Source: a virus
Length of the DNA: 16,715 nucleotides
Strand: one strand, 5' to 3'
UHGV virus genome: UHGV-1907752
The position numbers and the translations under genes are program-made. Positions 1 to 8,785 of the stretch are shown piece by piece. Within the stretch, counting starts at the first letter, position 1. Every line of letters begins with the position of its first letter. Under the pieces are notes generated by a model. The model was not told the DNA's origin. It did not search any database and was given only the letters and a program-made list of their open reading frames with translations.

Positions 1-62
1 CCACCGACGGTTTCTCACTCACCTGCATCCCTTCACGCGGGACCAGATGCAGCGTTTTTATC

Positions 63-3000
63 TCAGCCACTCAGCATTCCTCCGTCACGTCGCATGGACA
101 GCATCACCGCCTGCACCCGCTGGTCAATCAGTTGCACAAGGCTGCCCGCAGCTTCCGGCCCTATCTGGCCATTAGTCCCGTCATTCTGAATGGCGATATG
201 GTAGACCGGGGAATACACCAGACCCGCACTGCCGTTCATACTGCCCACCGCTCGCACACCCAGCGAGCCATCCGCCGCCCGGGTCAGGGGCATAATGGCT
301 TCAGGACCGGCCTCCCCCATCAGTCCCGCCCCTTTTGCAAAGGCAAAGTACGTGGGCGTGTCCACAATACTGTTGCTGTACGCACTCAGGTTTGCCGAGG
401 TAAACACGCCGCCTTTTGCATTGGCCACCGCCCCGCCCAGCCAGTCACCAATGCTGCCGAGAAATCCTCCTACACCGGACATACTGTTTGCCGCCGTCTT
501 GATCCCGTTGACAATCGCGGCATTCATAAGAACTTTTGATATTTCCTGCAGCACTGATGAGGCCCAGCTGCGCCATTCCACTTTATTCCCGTTCAGCACC
601 TCCGTGATGTTATTCACCATCCCTGAGATACCCTCCGTCGCAAGCTGTGCTGCCTGTGAGGCGTAATCGGACGCATTATCCACCCAGTTACTGAACCCCT
701 CCTGCAGCCCTTTCTGCCAGTCCGCACGCTGCACATCCGATTCGGCATAAAAGGCTGCCTGGTCCTTAAGGCGTTCGCTCAGATACTGCGCGTTCTGTGC
801 CCGTGCCTGTCTGTAAAAATCCTCACTGATATCCCCGGTCTGATACTGAGACTGAAGGTCCGCATCCTTCTGGCGGAAGCTGTCGCGGATCTGCTGCAAC
901 TCCCGCATGCGTTCCCTGGCTCGTTCTCCCTGCCCGTACCCCAGCAGTTCGGCTTCATTTGATGCACGCGCAGCCACATTATCATTCTTCAGGGTCTCTT
1001 CCCGGGACCGCAACTGCTCCCGGATTTTTTGCTGGTCAATCAGGGCCGCATTGCGCAGCAGTTCCTGCTTCTGTATCTCCGTCAGGGTTTTCAGTTCGCC
1101 CTGCGCTGTCTGGTACTTCAGCTTCGCCAGTTCTGTATTCTGACCCGCCAGTGCCAGTTGCTCTTTCTGCTGCTTCAGTAGCCGGGAAAAACTGTCTTCC
1201 GCTTTTTCCGTCTCTGATTTTCCACCCCGGGATTTGGGTTTATTCGCCTCGTTATTGCGCCAGGCTTCCAGGGCATTACTGATATAACGTTGTCTCGCCT
1301 CCTGATACGGATCACCCACAAAACCGAGGTCATCCGCCGCATACCCCAGCCGGGCACGCTCTTTTTCTTCCCCTTTCAGTCTGGACAGGGCCAGCTCACG
1401 CTCTGTTTTTGTCAGGGCACTCTGCTGTTTATCATCCAGAGTGGCCTGTGGCAGCCGTAACGGCACATTCACCAGTCCCTGCCGCTGCTGAAGCAGTTCA
1501 TTACCCAGCCCCAGCAGACGGTTGAATTCCGTATGCTGACCGTTCATAACCAGCATGGACTGGTACACCTTATTCTGCTCTGCCGCCTGCTGACGAATTA
1601 ACGCCACACGACGGTCTTCCAGCCCGGCAAGCACATCCTGAATGGACTGCGCTTTTTCCTGCATCTGTGCCAGACGGGACTGCTCAACGGCAAGCTGCTC
1701 TGTTGCCTGAGCAAGCCCTTCCGTTACGGTCTTCACCGAGGTCAGATGGTTTATCATGAATCCGTCACCGGTCGTCCAGCCCGGGTTCGCCAGAACATAC
1801 TGATATCCTGCGATTTTTTCCTGCAGGGATTTCACCCGACTGGCCTGTTCATCAATCAGCCGGTTCTGCTCTGTCAGCGCCGCCCGTGTTCGTCCTTCAT
1901 TATCTGAGGCTTCAGGCAAAGACATTGACGGCGTTTTATGCGCGATTTCATCTATCGTCAGTGCATACTGGCGCGCAGACTCCCTGGCCTGCTCCTGATT
2001 CTGGTACAGCGTGTACCATGCTGCAGCCCCCAGCATCACCAGTCCGGGTACGCCACCAACCAGCCCCAGCGCACCGCTCATCAGACGTGAGCCCACCGCC
2101 GTTGTACTGTTCAGCGCATTCTGGGCGGCGCTTCTGGCAGCAATATTTCTGTTCAGGCGTTCCTGTGTGGCCGCCAGACGGGCCTCTGCAGCAATCTGCA
2201 TCTCCGTCCCGCGGGCTGCCGCCACGGCCTGCTGAGCACGGTACACGGCTGCCCTTGCCCGCGCCGTGGCAATCTGCGTTCCCCTGAACTGTGCTTCCGC
2301 CAGTGCAACTTCATTACGTGCAGCCGTCACAAGTCCTGCCGTGGCAGACACCGCTCCGGAGGCCATATTGCCAAAGTACCGGGCAACCCCGACGGCAACC
2401 AGCGCACCCACGGCTGTTGCCACATTATCAATCTGTCCGGCAACACCGTTCAGCACGCCGGAGAGCGTTTTTGTCACCCCGCTGGCCTCATTCGCACCGC
2501 CCACCCAGGCCATAAAGGCGTTTTCCACCTTTGTGATACTACCGGAAACCGTTTCCGGCATGGCCGCATATTCATCACGTAATATCCCCAGCTGGCTGAT
2601 TAACGCAGGGACCACTTTATCCGCTGTCAGTTTTCCGTCATCCGCCATTGCCTTCAGATCTTTACGGGCCACACCCATCCCCGCAGCAAGCGCGCGGATC
2701 ACCCGGTCGCCATTTTCGTTAACAGCATTAAATTCTTCGCCACGCAGTACACCCTGTGCCAGTGCCTGGCTGAACTGGGTGATCACCGAACCGGATTCCG
2801 CAACTCCAGCCCCTGACAGTTTCAGTCCTGTCGAAATGGCCTCCGTCACCTTCAGCACATCATCAGCACTGTAACCATATTCACGCATTGAGGCTGCCGA
2901 GCGGGCAAACAGGGCCGCATTATCTGAAAATGCCGTGCCCGTCCGCTGGCTGATATCCATCAGCACTTTCTGTGATGACGAAAATTCATCGGATGACTGC

Positions 3001-3305
3001 GACGCCTGTTTCAGTCGGGCATTCACGGAACTCCATTCATCGGCCAGAGAAATCAGGTGTCCGGTGGCAAAGGCACCTGCAAATGCCCCCGCCGTTCCGG
3101 CAGCTGAAGCGCGGATTTCCGTCAACTGGCTGTTCAGCTCAGCCAGGGCGCGTCGCTGCTCCCGGGCGACTGCGGCAGCCTGACGCCCGCCATTCTGCAG
3201 GGTCCGGTAATATTCACTGCCCATGCGGGAAGCCCGCTGGATCTCCGACTGGAATGACTGCGAATTTGCCGAAATTTTGATAATCAGTTCACGTAACGTC
3301 GCCAT
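63..3305 (-). CDS. tail tape measure protein
   Basis: 1080-aa ORF, Ala/Gln/Arg-rich with long helical/coiled-coil-like stretches and a Gly-rich C-terminus. It lies directly downstream of the G/GT chaperone pair and major tail protein, the canonical tape-measure position. ATG at 3303-3305 is preceded by a GGAGA Shine-Dalgarno. Confidence 0.85.
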   Translation of the reverse strand: MATLRELIIKISANSQSFQSEIQRASRMGSEYYRTLQNGGRQAAAVAREQRRALAELNSQLTEIRASAAGTAGAFAGAFATGHLISLADEWSSVNARLKQASQSSDEFSSSQKVLMDISQRTGTAFSDNAALFARSAASMREYGYSADDVLKVTEAISTGLKLSGAGVAESGSVITQFSQALAQGVLRGEEFNAVNENGDRVIRALAAGMGVARKDLKAMADDGKLTADKVVPALISQLGILRDEYAAMPETVSGSITKVENAFMAWVGGANEASGVTKTLSGVLNGVAGQIDNVATAVGALVAVGVARYFGNMASGAVSATAGLVTAARNEVALAEAQFRGTQIATARARAAVYRAQQAVAAARGTEMQIAAEARLAATQERLNRNIAARSAAQNALNSTTAVGSRLMSGALGLVGGVPGLVMLGAAAWYTLYQNQEQARESARQYALTIDEIAHKTPSMSLPEASDNEGRTRAALTEQNRLIDEQASRVKSLQEKIAGYQYVLANPGWTTGDGFMINHLTSVKTVTEGLAQATEQLAVEQSRLAQMQEKAQSIQDVLAGLEDRRVALIRQQAAEQNKVYQSMLVMNGQHTEFNRLLGLGNELLQQRQGLVNVPLRLPQATLDDKQQSALTKTERELALSRLKGEEKERARLGYAADDLGFVGDPYQEARQRYISNALEAWRNNEANKPKSRGGKSETEKAEDSFSRLLKQQKEQLALAGQNTELAKLKYQTAQGELKTLTEIQKQELLRNAALIDQQKIREQLRSREETLKNDNVAARASNEAELLGYGQGERARERMRELQQIRDSFRQKDADLQSQYQTGDISEDFYRQARAQNAQYLSERLKDQAAFYAESDVQRADWQKGLQEGFSNWVDNASDYASQAAQLATEGISGMVNNITEVLNGNKVEWRSWASSVLQEISKVLMNAAIVNGIKTAANSMSGVGGFLGSIGDWLGGAVANAKGGVFTSANLSAYSNSIVDTPTYFAFAKGAGLMGEAGPEAIMPLTRAADGSLGVRAVGSMNGSAGLVYSPVYHIAIQNDGTNGQIGPEAAGSLVQLIDQRVQAVMLSMRRDGGMLSG

Positions 3306-3322
3306 TCACCTTTCTCCGGGCG

Positions 3323-3344
3323 TAAAAAAACCGCCTCAGCGGTT
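3323..3344 (-). terminator. intrinsic-terminator-like hairpin (AACCGC-TGAG-GCGGTT followed by a U7 tract) between the GT extension stop and the tape measure start
   Basis: On the minus strand the sequence reads AACCGCTGAGGCGGTTTTTTTAC: a 6-bp stem, 4-nt loop and U-run. It sits in the 47-nt spacer between the T-frame stop (3353) and the tape measure ATG (3305). Confidence 0.45.
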
Positions 3345-3352
3345 CTCATCAT

Positions 3353-3667
3353 TCATGACTGTGCTGCAAAGCTCAGCGCGTCTTCCAGCGCCGCAAACGG
3401 ATCCACCTCCGGCTTATCCTCATCCTCGCCCCAGCAGAGCATGGCGTCCTTCAGTGCAACATTCATCCCCTGTGCCCCGAAAACCGCTTTCACGATCTGT
3501 GCATTACGGATATCCCCGCGCTCATCACCCAGCGGGGATACCCTGTCGAACTCCATCCACATCATCGCCTCGCTCACACTCAGGCTGTGCCGCAGTTCGG
3601 ATAAGGTGCGCCCCAGACGGAGCGCAAGTCGCATCAGAAAGCAAATTTCCGGGCGGGCTACTTTTTT
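3353..3667 (-). CDS. T-like C-terminal extension of the tail assembly chaperone, reached by a -1 programmed ribosomal frameshift from the G-like ORF (GT fusion product)
   Basis: The ORF 3353..3634 is in the -1 frame relative to the G-like ORF and that frame is open back to the slippery site. Translating from the slip gives ...KK-VARPEICFL-MRLALRLGRTLSELRH... with no stop. It occupies the position of lambda gene T between G and the tape measure gene. Confidence 0.7.
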   Translation of the reverse strand, partial: KKVARPEICFLMRLALRLGRTLSELRHSLSVSEAMMWMEFDRVSPLGDERGDIRNAQIVKAVFGAQGMNVALKDAMLCWGEDEDKPEVDPFAALEDALSFAAQS

Positions 3668-4032
3668 CTGGCCGACTCTGCATCAGCGATCAGTTCCAGT
3701 GCCTGACGCAGCAACCGGGCATGTACCGGACCATAGACGGCCAGCACCTGCTCACGGTCGTCCGGAGCGAACACCCGCTGCAGATCCGTATCACACAGGA
3801 CATCGCAGAACAGCGTCACATCCGCTTCCAGGTTACGGCGGGTTTTCGCCACCACCGACAGGGTATCGTCATCCTCTCCATCACCATTGAGCACTTCCTG
3901 CCACAGATACCAGGCCTCTGCCGAAGGCTCCCGCAGCACCACGCTGACATTACCCCATTCCGGCACCTTCACCGTTTTATGACGAAACCCTGACAGTCTG
4001 GCCAGCGCCAGCGTTTTCAGATCCTTTTTCAT
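3658..4032 (-). CDS. tail assembly chaperone (lambda G-like)
   Basis: About 124 aa, acidic, between the major tail protein and the tape measure gene, ending in the slippery site. I chose the internal ATG at 4030-4032 (MKKDLKTL...) because it has an AGGGGA Shine-Dalgarno about 9 nt upstream and avoids a 34-nt overlap with the major tail gene that the track start at 4080 would create. Confidence 0.7.
   Translation of the reverse strand: MKKDLKTLALARLSGFRHKTVKVPEWGNVSVVLREPSAEAWYLWQEVLNGDGEDDDTLSVVAKTRRNLEADVTLFCDVLCDTDLQRVFAPDDREQVLAVYGPVHARLLRQALELIADAESARKK
3661..3667 (-). promoter_or_regulatory. slippery heptamer A-AAA-AAG for the -1 frameshift, immediately before the G-like stop codon
   Basis: Minus-strand mRNA reads TCG GCC AGA AAA AAG TAG. 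The heptamer AAAAAAG sits in the X-XXY-YYZ register of the G frame and the TAG stop follows directly. Confidence 0.7.
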
Positions 4033-4046
4033 GATGACCCATCCCC

Positions 4047-4763
4047 TTATCCGGCGGCTGCGCTCACTGTCACGGTGCATTCAACAGACGTCACACTCTG
4101 TGCTTTCTCTGCCGAATCGGTCACCACGCAGGTATATTTCCCCGCATCAGCGGACTGCGCACCTGGCTTACTGAAGGTGTCTGTCGTCTGCCCGTCAACC
4201 GGCTGACCATCCTTCTTCCAGGCGTATTTATACGGCGGCGTTCCCCCGTTGGCACTGACTGACATTGTCAGCAGCGCACCTGTATTCACGGTAAGTGTTT
4301 TATCCAGATTTTTCACAAACGCCAGCGGTACCACAAAGGACACCGGTTTGCCTTTCATACGCAGTGAAAACGTTGCTGCCACCACGCCGTTGGTACCGGA
4401 TGACCAGGTGTGCTGACGCACTTCCGCCAGGAACTTAAAGCCCTTACCGGACGGAAACAGCACCTTAAACGCATACAACGCGTCATTGTCATAGGCATCA
4501 CGCATGGCGTTCTGGGCCTGATTCAGATAAAAATTACCCGACATGGAAATCTCAGACGACGCCCCCAGACCGTTGATGTTCTCCTGCTCTGTGGAGCAGA
4601 GCGTGGTCACATCAATATCCTGTTTCTGACCGGCGGTGAACTGGACTTCCTTGATGGTGCAGTCCAGGCGCAGATATTCCGCCTTATCCATAGTTTCAGC
4701 AGTCGCCGGGGCAGATGAAATCATCACCTGCGTCAGCTGTGAGCGTTCATACAAAGCAGACAT
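4047..4763 (-). CDS. major tail protein with C-terminal Ig-like (Big_2-type) domain
   Basis: 238-aa ORF with a strong AGGAGG Shine-Dalgarno 5 nt upstream of the ATG. The C-terminal 80 aa (…TPPYKYAWKKDG…GKYTCVVTD…) has the look of an Ig-like domain as found on the lambda gpV C-terminus. Position is immediately upstream of the G/GT pair. Confidence 0.8.
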   Translation of the reverse strand: MSALYERSQLTQVMISSAPATAETMDKAEYLRLDCTIKEVQFTAGQKQDIDVTTLCSTEQENINGLGASSEISMSGNFYLNQAQNAMRDAYDNDALYAFKVLFPSGKGFKFLAEVRQHTWSSGTNGVVAATFSLRMKGKPVSFVVPLAFVKNLDKTLTVNTGALLTMSVSANGGTPPYKYAWKKDGQPVDGQTTDTFSKPGAQSADAGKYTCVVTDSAEKAQSVTSVECTVTVSAAAG

Positions 4764-4776
4764 TCTGCCTCCTGAT

Positions 4777-4801
4777 AATAAAAAACCCGCACGCGGCGGG
4801 G
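4777..4801 (-). terminator. intrinsic-terminator-like hairpin (CCCGC-CGCGT-GCGGG plus U6) immediately upstream of the major tail protein RBS
   Basis: Minus strand reads ACCCCGCCGCGTGCGGGTTTTTTATTATCAGGAGGCAGA-ATG: a GC stem, U-tract, then the Shine-Dalgarno and start codon. Confidence 0.5.
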
Positions 4802-4829
4802 TATGGGTTTTGTAGAAAAAAAGAAAAAG

Positions 4830-5174
4830 TCACACCGTGACCTGAAACTCCAGGGTTGCACGGTAACAGCGGTTTTCCGGAATATAGTCCTGCATTTCAC
4901 TGACGGATCCCGGGGCCAGCAGCATTATGGCTTCACGGGCGTCCTGACGTATCTGACGCGCCTGCGTCACAGTCCCGGCATAAACGTCTATCTGCACCGA
5001 CACTGAGGACTCCGCCTGCCCGCCCATCACGTCCGCAGACACCGATGAAATCAGGCTGAAAACCACCCACGGAAGCGCCACCGACGGCCTGCCATCCAGC
5101 AGGGGGACCACATACGGGTACACCTGCCCGCCGGCAAGATGCGCCAGATGAGGATACAAATCCGCCTCCGTCAT
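4830..5174 (-). CDS. tail completion / tail terminator-type protein (lambda Z/U-position)
   Basis: 114-aa ORF between the gp10-like gene and the major tail protein. Its start overlaps the upstream stop as ATGA (translational coupling). Function is assigned mainly from position. Confidence 0.5.
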   Translation of the reverse strand: MTEADLYPHLAHLAGGQVYPYVVPLLDGRPSVALPWVVFSLISSVSADVMGGQAESSVSVQIDVYAGTVTQARQIRQDAREAIMLLAPGSVSEMQDYIPENRCYRATLEFQVTV

Positions 5175-5617
5175 CGTCTCAGTACCTCATCAATGGCCCG
5201 GTTCATCCGCGCAATCGCCACCTGAGCTGCCTGTTCACTGCGCACATCAAACGCCGGGCGCACAAACGGGTGCGGTGGCATATTCACGGTCCCCATTTCC
5301 ACAAACCGCCAGTAGAAAGCATTGCGCGGGTTATCCGCCTTCATGGTGTTATCGCTGTTACCGGTGTCCGGATTAACACCACGGATATGGACACCGGATT
5401 CCATCCCGCCATCGCGGGAGCGCCGGGAAAGGACCACCACATTGCGGCGCAGTTTTCCCCTGCGTACCGGTGCCCGTGACACCACTTCTTCTTTCAGCAC
5501 ATTCGCACCCGCACGGGTTGCCTCACGCAGCACCCGGTTATTTTCCGCACCACTCAGAAGCTGCAAATCGCGGCTGATGTCCTCCAGCCCCGAAAAATCC
5601 AGCAGGGTTTCGATCAT
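5171..5617 (-). CDS. HK97 gp10-family tail/neck component
   Basis: 148 aa with the conserved ...FVEMGT...PHPFVRPAF... segment typical of the HK97 gp10 family. ATGA overlap with the upstream gene. Confidence 0.7.
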   Translation of the reverse strand: MIETLLDFSGLEDISRDLQLLSGAENNRVLREATRAGANVLKEEVVSRAPVRRGKLRRNVVVLSRRSRDGGMESGVHIRGVNPDTGNSDNTMKADNPRNAFYWRFVEMGTVNMPPHPFVRPAFDVRSEQAAQVAIARMNRAIDEVLRR

Positions 5618-5964
5618 TTTTCCCCTCCCAGCCGACAGAGAATTTCCAGACGCCCGCCGGTCGCATCCGGCACGGGCAGCCCGACAACGTTCAGGATCCG
5701 GTCACGCCATGGACCACTCAGCACATGAAGTCGTGACGCTGCCGTGATTTCCCGACCGGACTGACCGCGCACCCAGATGCGGATTTCCGCCTGCGCCATT
5801 TCCGCACCGGACTGCATCCGCTCCCGGCTGCTCCTGCCTCGGATATCCGCATGAATTTTCCCGCATGACACCCATTCTTCCGTCATTTCTCCGGCAGCGT
5901 TACGGGTTAACACCGGGTTCAGAACACTTATCATCTGTGTCAGACGACCTGCAGATATTGCCAT
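5614..5964 (-). CDS. head-tail adaptor / head closure protein (SPP1 gp16-like)
   Basis: 116-aa ORF with a strong GAGGAGGGGGA Shine-Dalgarno. Size, position and the …IRIWVRGQSGREI… pattern fit the head-tail joining family. Confidence 0.65.
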   Translation of the reverse strand: MAISAGRLTQMISVLNPVLTRNAAGEMTEEWVSCGKIHADIRGRSSRERMQSGAEMAQAEIRIWVRGQSGREITAASRLHVLSGPWRDRILNVVGLPVPDATGGRLEILCRLGGEK

Positions 5965-5973
5965 TCCCCCTCC

Positions 5974-6300
5974 TCATAACACCGTCGGACAACGCAAATC
6001 GTAAATCAGCACGGAAACAGAAAACGGCAGCTCCCCCTGAAGCAGTTCTTCCCGCTCCGCAAGATCCGGATTCCGGTACAGCATCCCGGTCAGTCGCATG
6101 GCAGCCCCCTTCATCCGGGTTAATGCCTCGCCCGGGATCAGTTCACCGTCCTCACGGATCACTTTATCCCGGCTGCCCTGAATGTAGGCCAGCAGCACGG
6201 CGGTAGCCTGACGAACCTTGTCCATCAGCATGTCATCATCCGCGTCATGGTCGACACGCAGATGTGCCTTGATCTCTTCCAGTGTCAGTAATGCCGTCAT
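5974..6300 (-). CDS. gp6-like head-tail connector protein
   Basis: 108 aa, N-terminal …LTLEEIKAHLRVDHDADDDML… matches the signature start of the gp6-like connector family. ATGA overlap with the upstream ORF. Confidence 0.7.
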   Translation of the reverse strand: MTALLTLEEIKAHLRVDHDADDDMLMDKVRQATAVLLAYIQGSRDKVIREDGELIPGEALTRMKGAAMRLTGMLYRNPDLAEREELLQGELPFSVSVLIYDLRCPTVL

Positions 6301-8785
6301 TTTCCGCCTCCTGCATCCCGCCCACGTTTTGCAGCCAGGGTCCAGGCTGATGAATGAGCTTCTCCGGGTTTATCTTCGGTCATACTGTTGCAGTGCCACA
6401 GCGAGCCCCCCCACGTCACCGTATCGCCGGAGTGGTAGGTTTCACCGGCTCTGAACACACCGCGGTAGAGCATCACCGGCAGGGAAAATGTTTTTTCCGT
6501 ACGCTGGCCACTGCTCTGCCGGACCACCACAGAGAACAACCGCTCACCCGTCATGCTGACGTCAATATCCGCCACCCCGTCAACCAGGCATTCCCATCCC
6601 CGCATCCCGTGCGTTTTTTCATACGCCCGCCAGAGTCCGCCCTGGTGTGTGGCATACGTGCCCCGGGGAAAGGATTTTTGATCGTCAATGGCGGGGAGTA
6701 TTTCCAGAGCCGTGGCATCACGCCCGTCCTGCGGAGCCGGCAGGGCACTCACCGCATCCAGAACCGCCTTCTGCAGAACATCCGGATCGTAGTCACGACC
6801 ATCACGCGGAACATGAATATGGCTTACAGCCTCCTTCACCATCTGTTCAAGCATCGGACGCACATCATCCGGGGTGAGACTTTTACCGTCCGTCGGCTGC
6901 GGAATATTTGCGACCGCATCATTCACCGCCTTCTGCAGTACTTCCGGATCGTAGTCACGACCATCACGCGGAACAGGGATATGGCTTACAGCCTCCTTCA
7001 CCATCTGTTCAAGCATCGGACGCACATCATCCGGGGTGAGACTTTTACCGTCCGNNNNNNNNNNACCATCTGTTCAAGCATCGGACGCACATCATCCGGG
7101 GTGAGACTTTTACCGTCCGCCGGCTGCGGAATATTTGCGACCGCATCATTCACCGCCTGCTGCAGTACATCCGGATCATAATCACGACCATCACGCGGTA
7201 CCGGAATGGCCCCCACAGCGTCATCCACCATCGCCTGCAGAACCGGACGCACCTCATCCACCGTCACATGCTTCTGTAATACCGCCGACAGGGAAGTCAG
7301 TTTCTCTTCAAACGCTTGTGCCTGCGAGGCCATCTTCCCCTCAAATGTGCGCTGTAAATCCGCCAGCACTGTGGAGAATTCTTCTCCCAGTGCACGAATA
7401 ATGGACAGTTCCCGTTCCGTCATTTTCTCAGTATCCCCCCTGAACATCGCTTTCACCGCATCATGCTCTGTTTCACTGATTGCCTTATTACCGTCAGATG
7501 CGCCGTCAGGCAGCTGTGATGAAACTGTTTTCCCGGCAGACGAGAACGGATCCTCACGGGCATCACGACGGGACAGCGCCTCCAGACTGTAGTTCTGCTG
7601 CTGAAGATACAGTGCATCACCGCCGGCCAGGGGCGGCAGGTTCTCCCGTTTACGGGCCTCATTGGGCGTGAGAAGCGTATTTTTCACCGCATCCCCCAGC
7701 GTTTTCATGCGCCGCTCACTGTCCATTCTCAGCAGCGTGGTGACATCAAATTCTGTACTCTCGTTTTCCCCCGTTTCCAGCGCCTCATCCAGTAACAGTT
7801 CAATGGACTCAATCAGCGTCTGCAGGCACTGGGAATAATACTGCTGCTCCAGCGCCTCCACGTTGTCACTGGAAGGCGGTTGTCCCACGCCAATCTTGTA
7901 GGCCGGGACACGGAACACCGAACAGACAATTTCAGCGGTCATCTTCAGTTGTTCCACCGTCTGCGCATCCACCGGTGAAAACGTCGTGGGGTTGTATTTT
8001 GCCCCGTTGCTCAGAATGGCCGTTTTCCCCGCATTTTCGCCTGTATACCCGCTGTCCCAGTTGCTCTTCAGTTTTTTCGCATTTTCTTCCGTAATACTGC
8101 CGGGGATCTCAATCACCCCGGACGGCCTGCCGCCATTTCTGAAAAAAGACGTCGAATTTTCCTGAATATGATGCCCCTGCGTGGCCGCCAGCCCGGCGGC
8201 ATACACCGGCGGCAATCCTATAAGCGGATGAAAAAAACAGTTAAACCGGTCGTGGATCACTTCCCGGGCAGGCACCGTCACCGCCTCCGTGATCCCGCAG
8301 TTCCGGTCCGGCGTGATGCGGTAGAACACCTCGCCGTCATCCGCCACCAGAGGTTCAACCCGGCTCCAGTCCAGAATACGCAGTTCTTTGATCTGCCCCC
8401 GGGCATTACGGATTTTCAGCACCACCGTATTGCCGTGACGCAGTTTGGCGTTCAGCCACAGTTCAAAAAACTGGATGCGGTTCTGCTGGGCGTTGGGACG
8501 ACGACAGAGGCGGGCAATATCCCCCCGGCGCGTTTCCCTGCGTATCCCATGCGCATCCGTCTGCATAAGACGCAGCCGCATTTTGGCGATATCCTGGGAT
8601 ATCAGCGAAATACATGCAAACACCGCATGAAAGGAGAGGACGGCTTCAGGATCGGCTTTCACGCCCTGCTGCCAGGCGCCGGAAAAGGGCTCAGCCACCG
8701 CCTGAAACAGGCTGGTCCAGCCCGCCTCTCTTACGTCACGTCCTGATTTCTGGTTTTTTCGGGTTCGCCGTAAAAGGTTCCACAT
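6297..8785 (-). CDS. portal protein (HK97-family-like) with a C-terminal extension of tandem 54-aa repeats and a roughly 120-aa C-terminal domain; interrupted by the assembly gap at 7055-7064
   Basis: The N-terminal 400 aa carry portal-like blocks (…RRPNAQQNRIQFFELW…HGNTVV…, …FFRNGGRPSGVIEIPGSITEENAKKLKSNWDSGYTGENAGKTAILSNGAKY…, …FRVPAYKIGVG…). The ORF continues without a stop into repeats of DGKSLTPDDVRPMLEQMVKEAVSHIPVPRDGRDYDPEVLQKAVNDAVANIPQPT. The track splits it into 6998..8785 and 6297..7025 only because of the 10-N placeholder; the total length here is therefore not a multiple of 3. Confidence 0.6.
6731..7281. repeat. tandem direct repeats, 162-bp unit (54 codons), at least 4 units, within the portal-gene C-terminal extension
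   Basis: Near-identical 162-bp units at 6731-6892, 6893-7054 and, after the gap, a partial unit 7065-7119 followed by a more diverged unit to about 7281. Unit boundaries are in phase with the codons. Confidence 0.85.
7055..7064. other. assembly gap (10 N) inside the tandem-repeat array
   Basis: A run of 10 N. The left flank ends exactly at a repeat-unit boundary and the right flank resumes 107 nt into a unit. Confidence 0.95.

Noticed and set aside
1-62. Possible start of the next tail gene downstream of the tape measure (minus-strand ATG at 26-28)
   Set aside because: Only about 9 codons are visible and the upstream AAGGGA abuts the ATG with no spacing. There is too little sequence to call.
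132-3280. Numerous plus-strand ORFs (e.g. 132..539, 295..666, 1886..2287, 2266..2874, 2972..3280) overlapping the tape measure gene
   Set aside because: They are antisense shadow ORFs inside a GC-rich, strongly supported minus-strand gene. Their products are Pro/Arg/Ser-rich low-complexity sequences without RBS support.
3223-3993. Plus-strand 256-aa ORF spanning the G/GT region
   Set aside because: It is antisense to the chaperone genes, with low-complexity Pro/Arg-rich translation. The minus-strand genes explain the region.
4033-4080. Upstream ATG start (4078-4080) for the G-like chaperone as given by the ORF track
   Set aside because: It would overlap the major tail gene by 34 nt and lacks an RBS, whereas the internal ATG at 4030-4032 has AGGGGA at good spacing.
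6354-7181. Plus-strand 275-aa ORF across the portal repeats, and 9498..10391 across the capsid gene
   Set aside because: Both are antisense to well-supported structural genes. The first is propagated by the tandem repeats and runs through the N-gap.
6731-7281. Regularly spaced direct repeats considered as a possible CRISPR array
   Set aside because: The units are 162 bp, contiguous with no spacers, in codon phase, and encode a conserved 54-aa protein repeat inside an ORF. This is not CRISPR-like.
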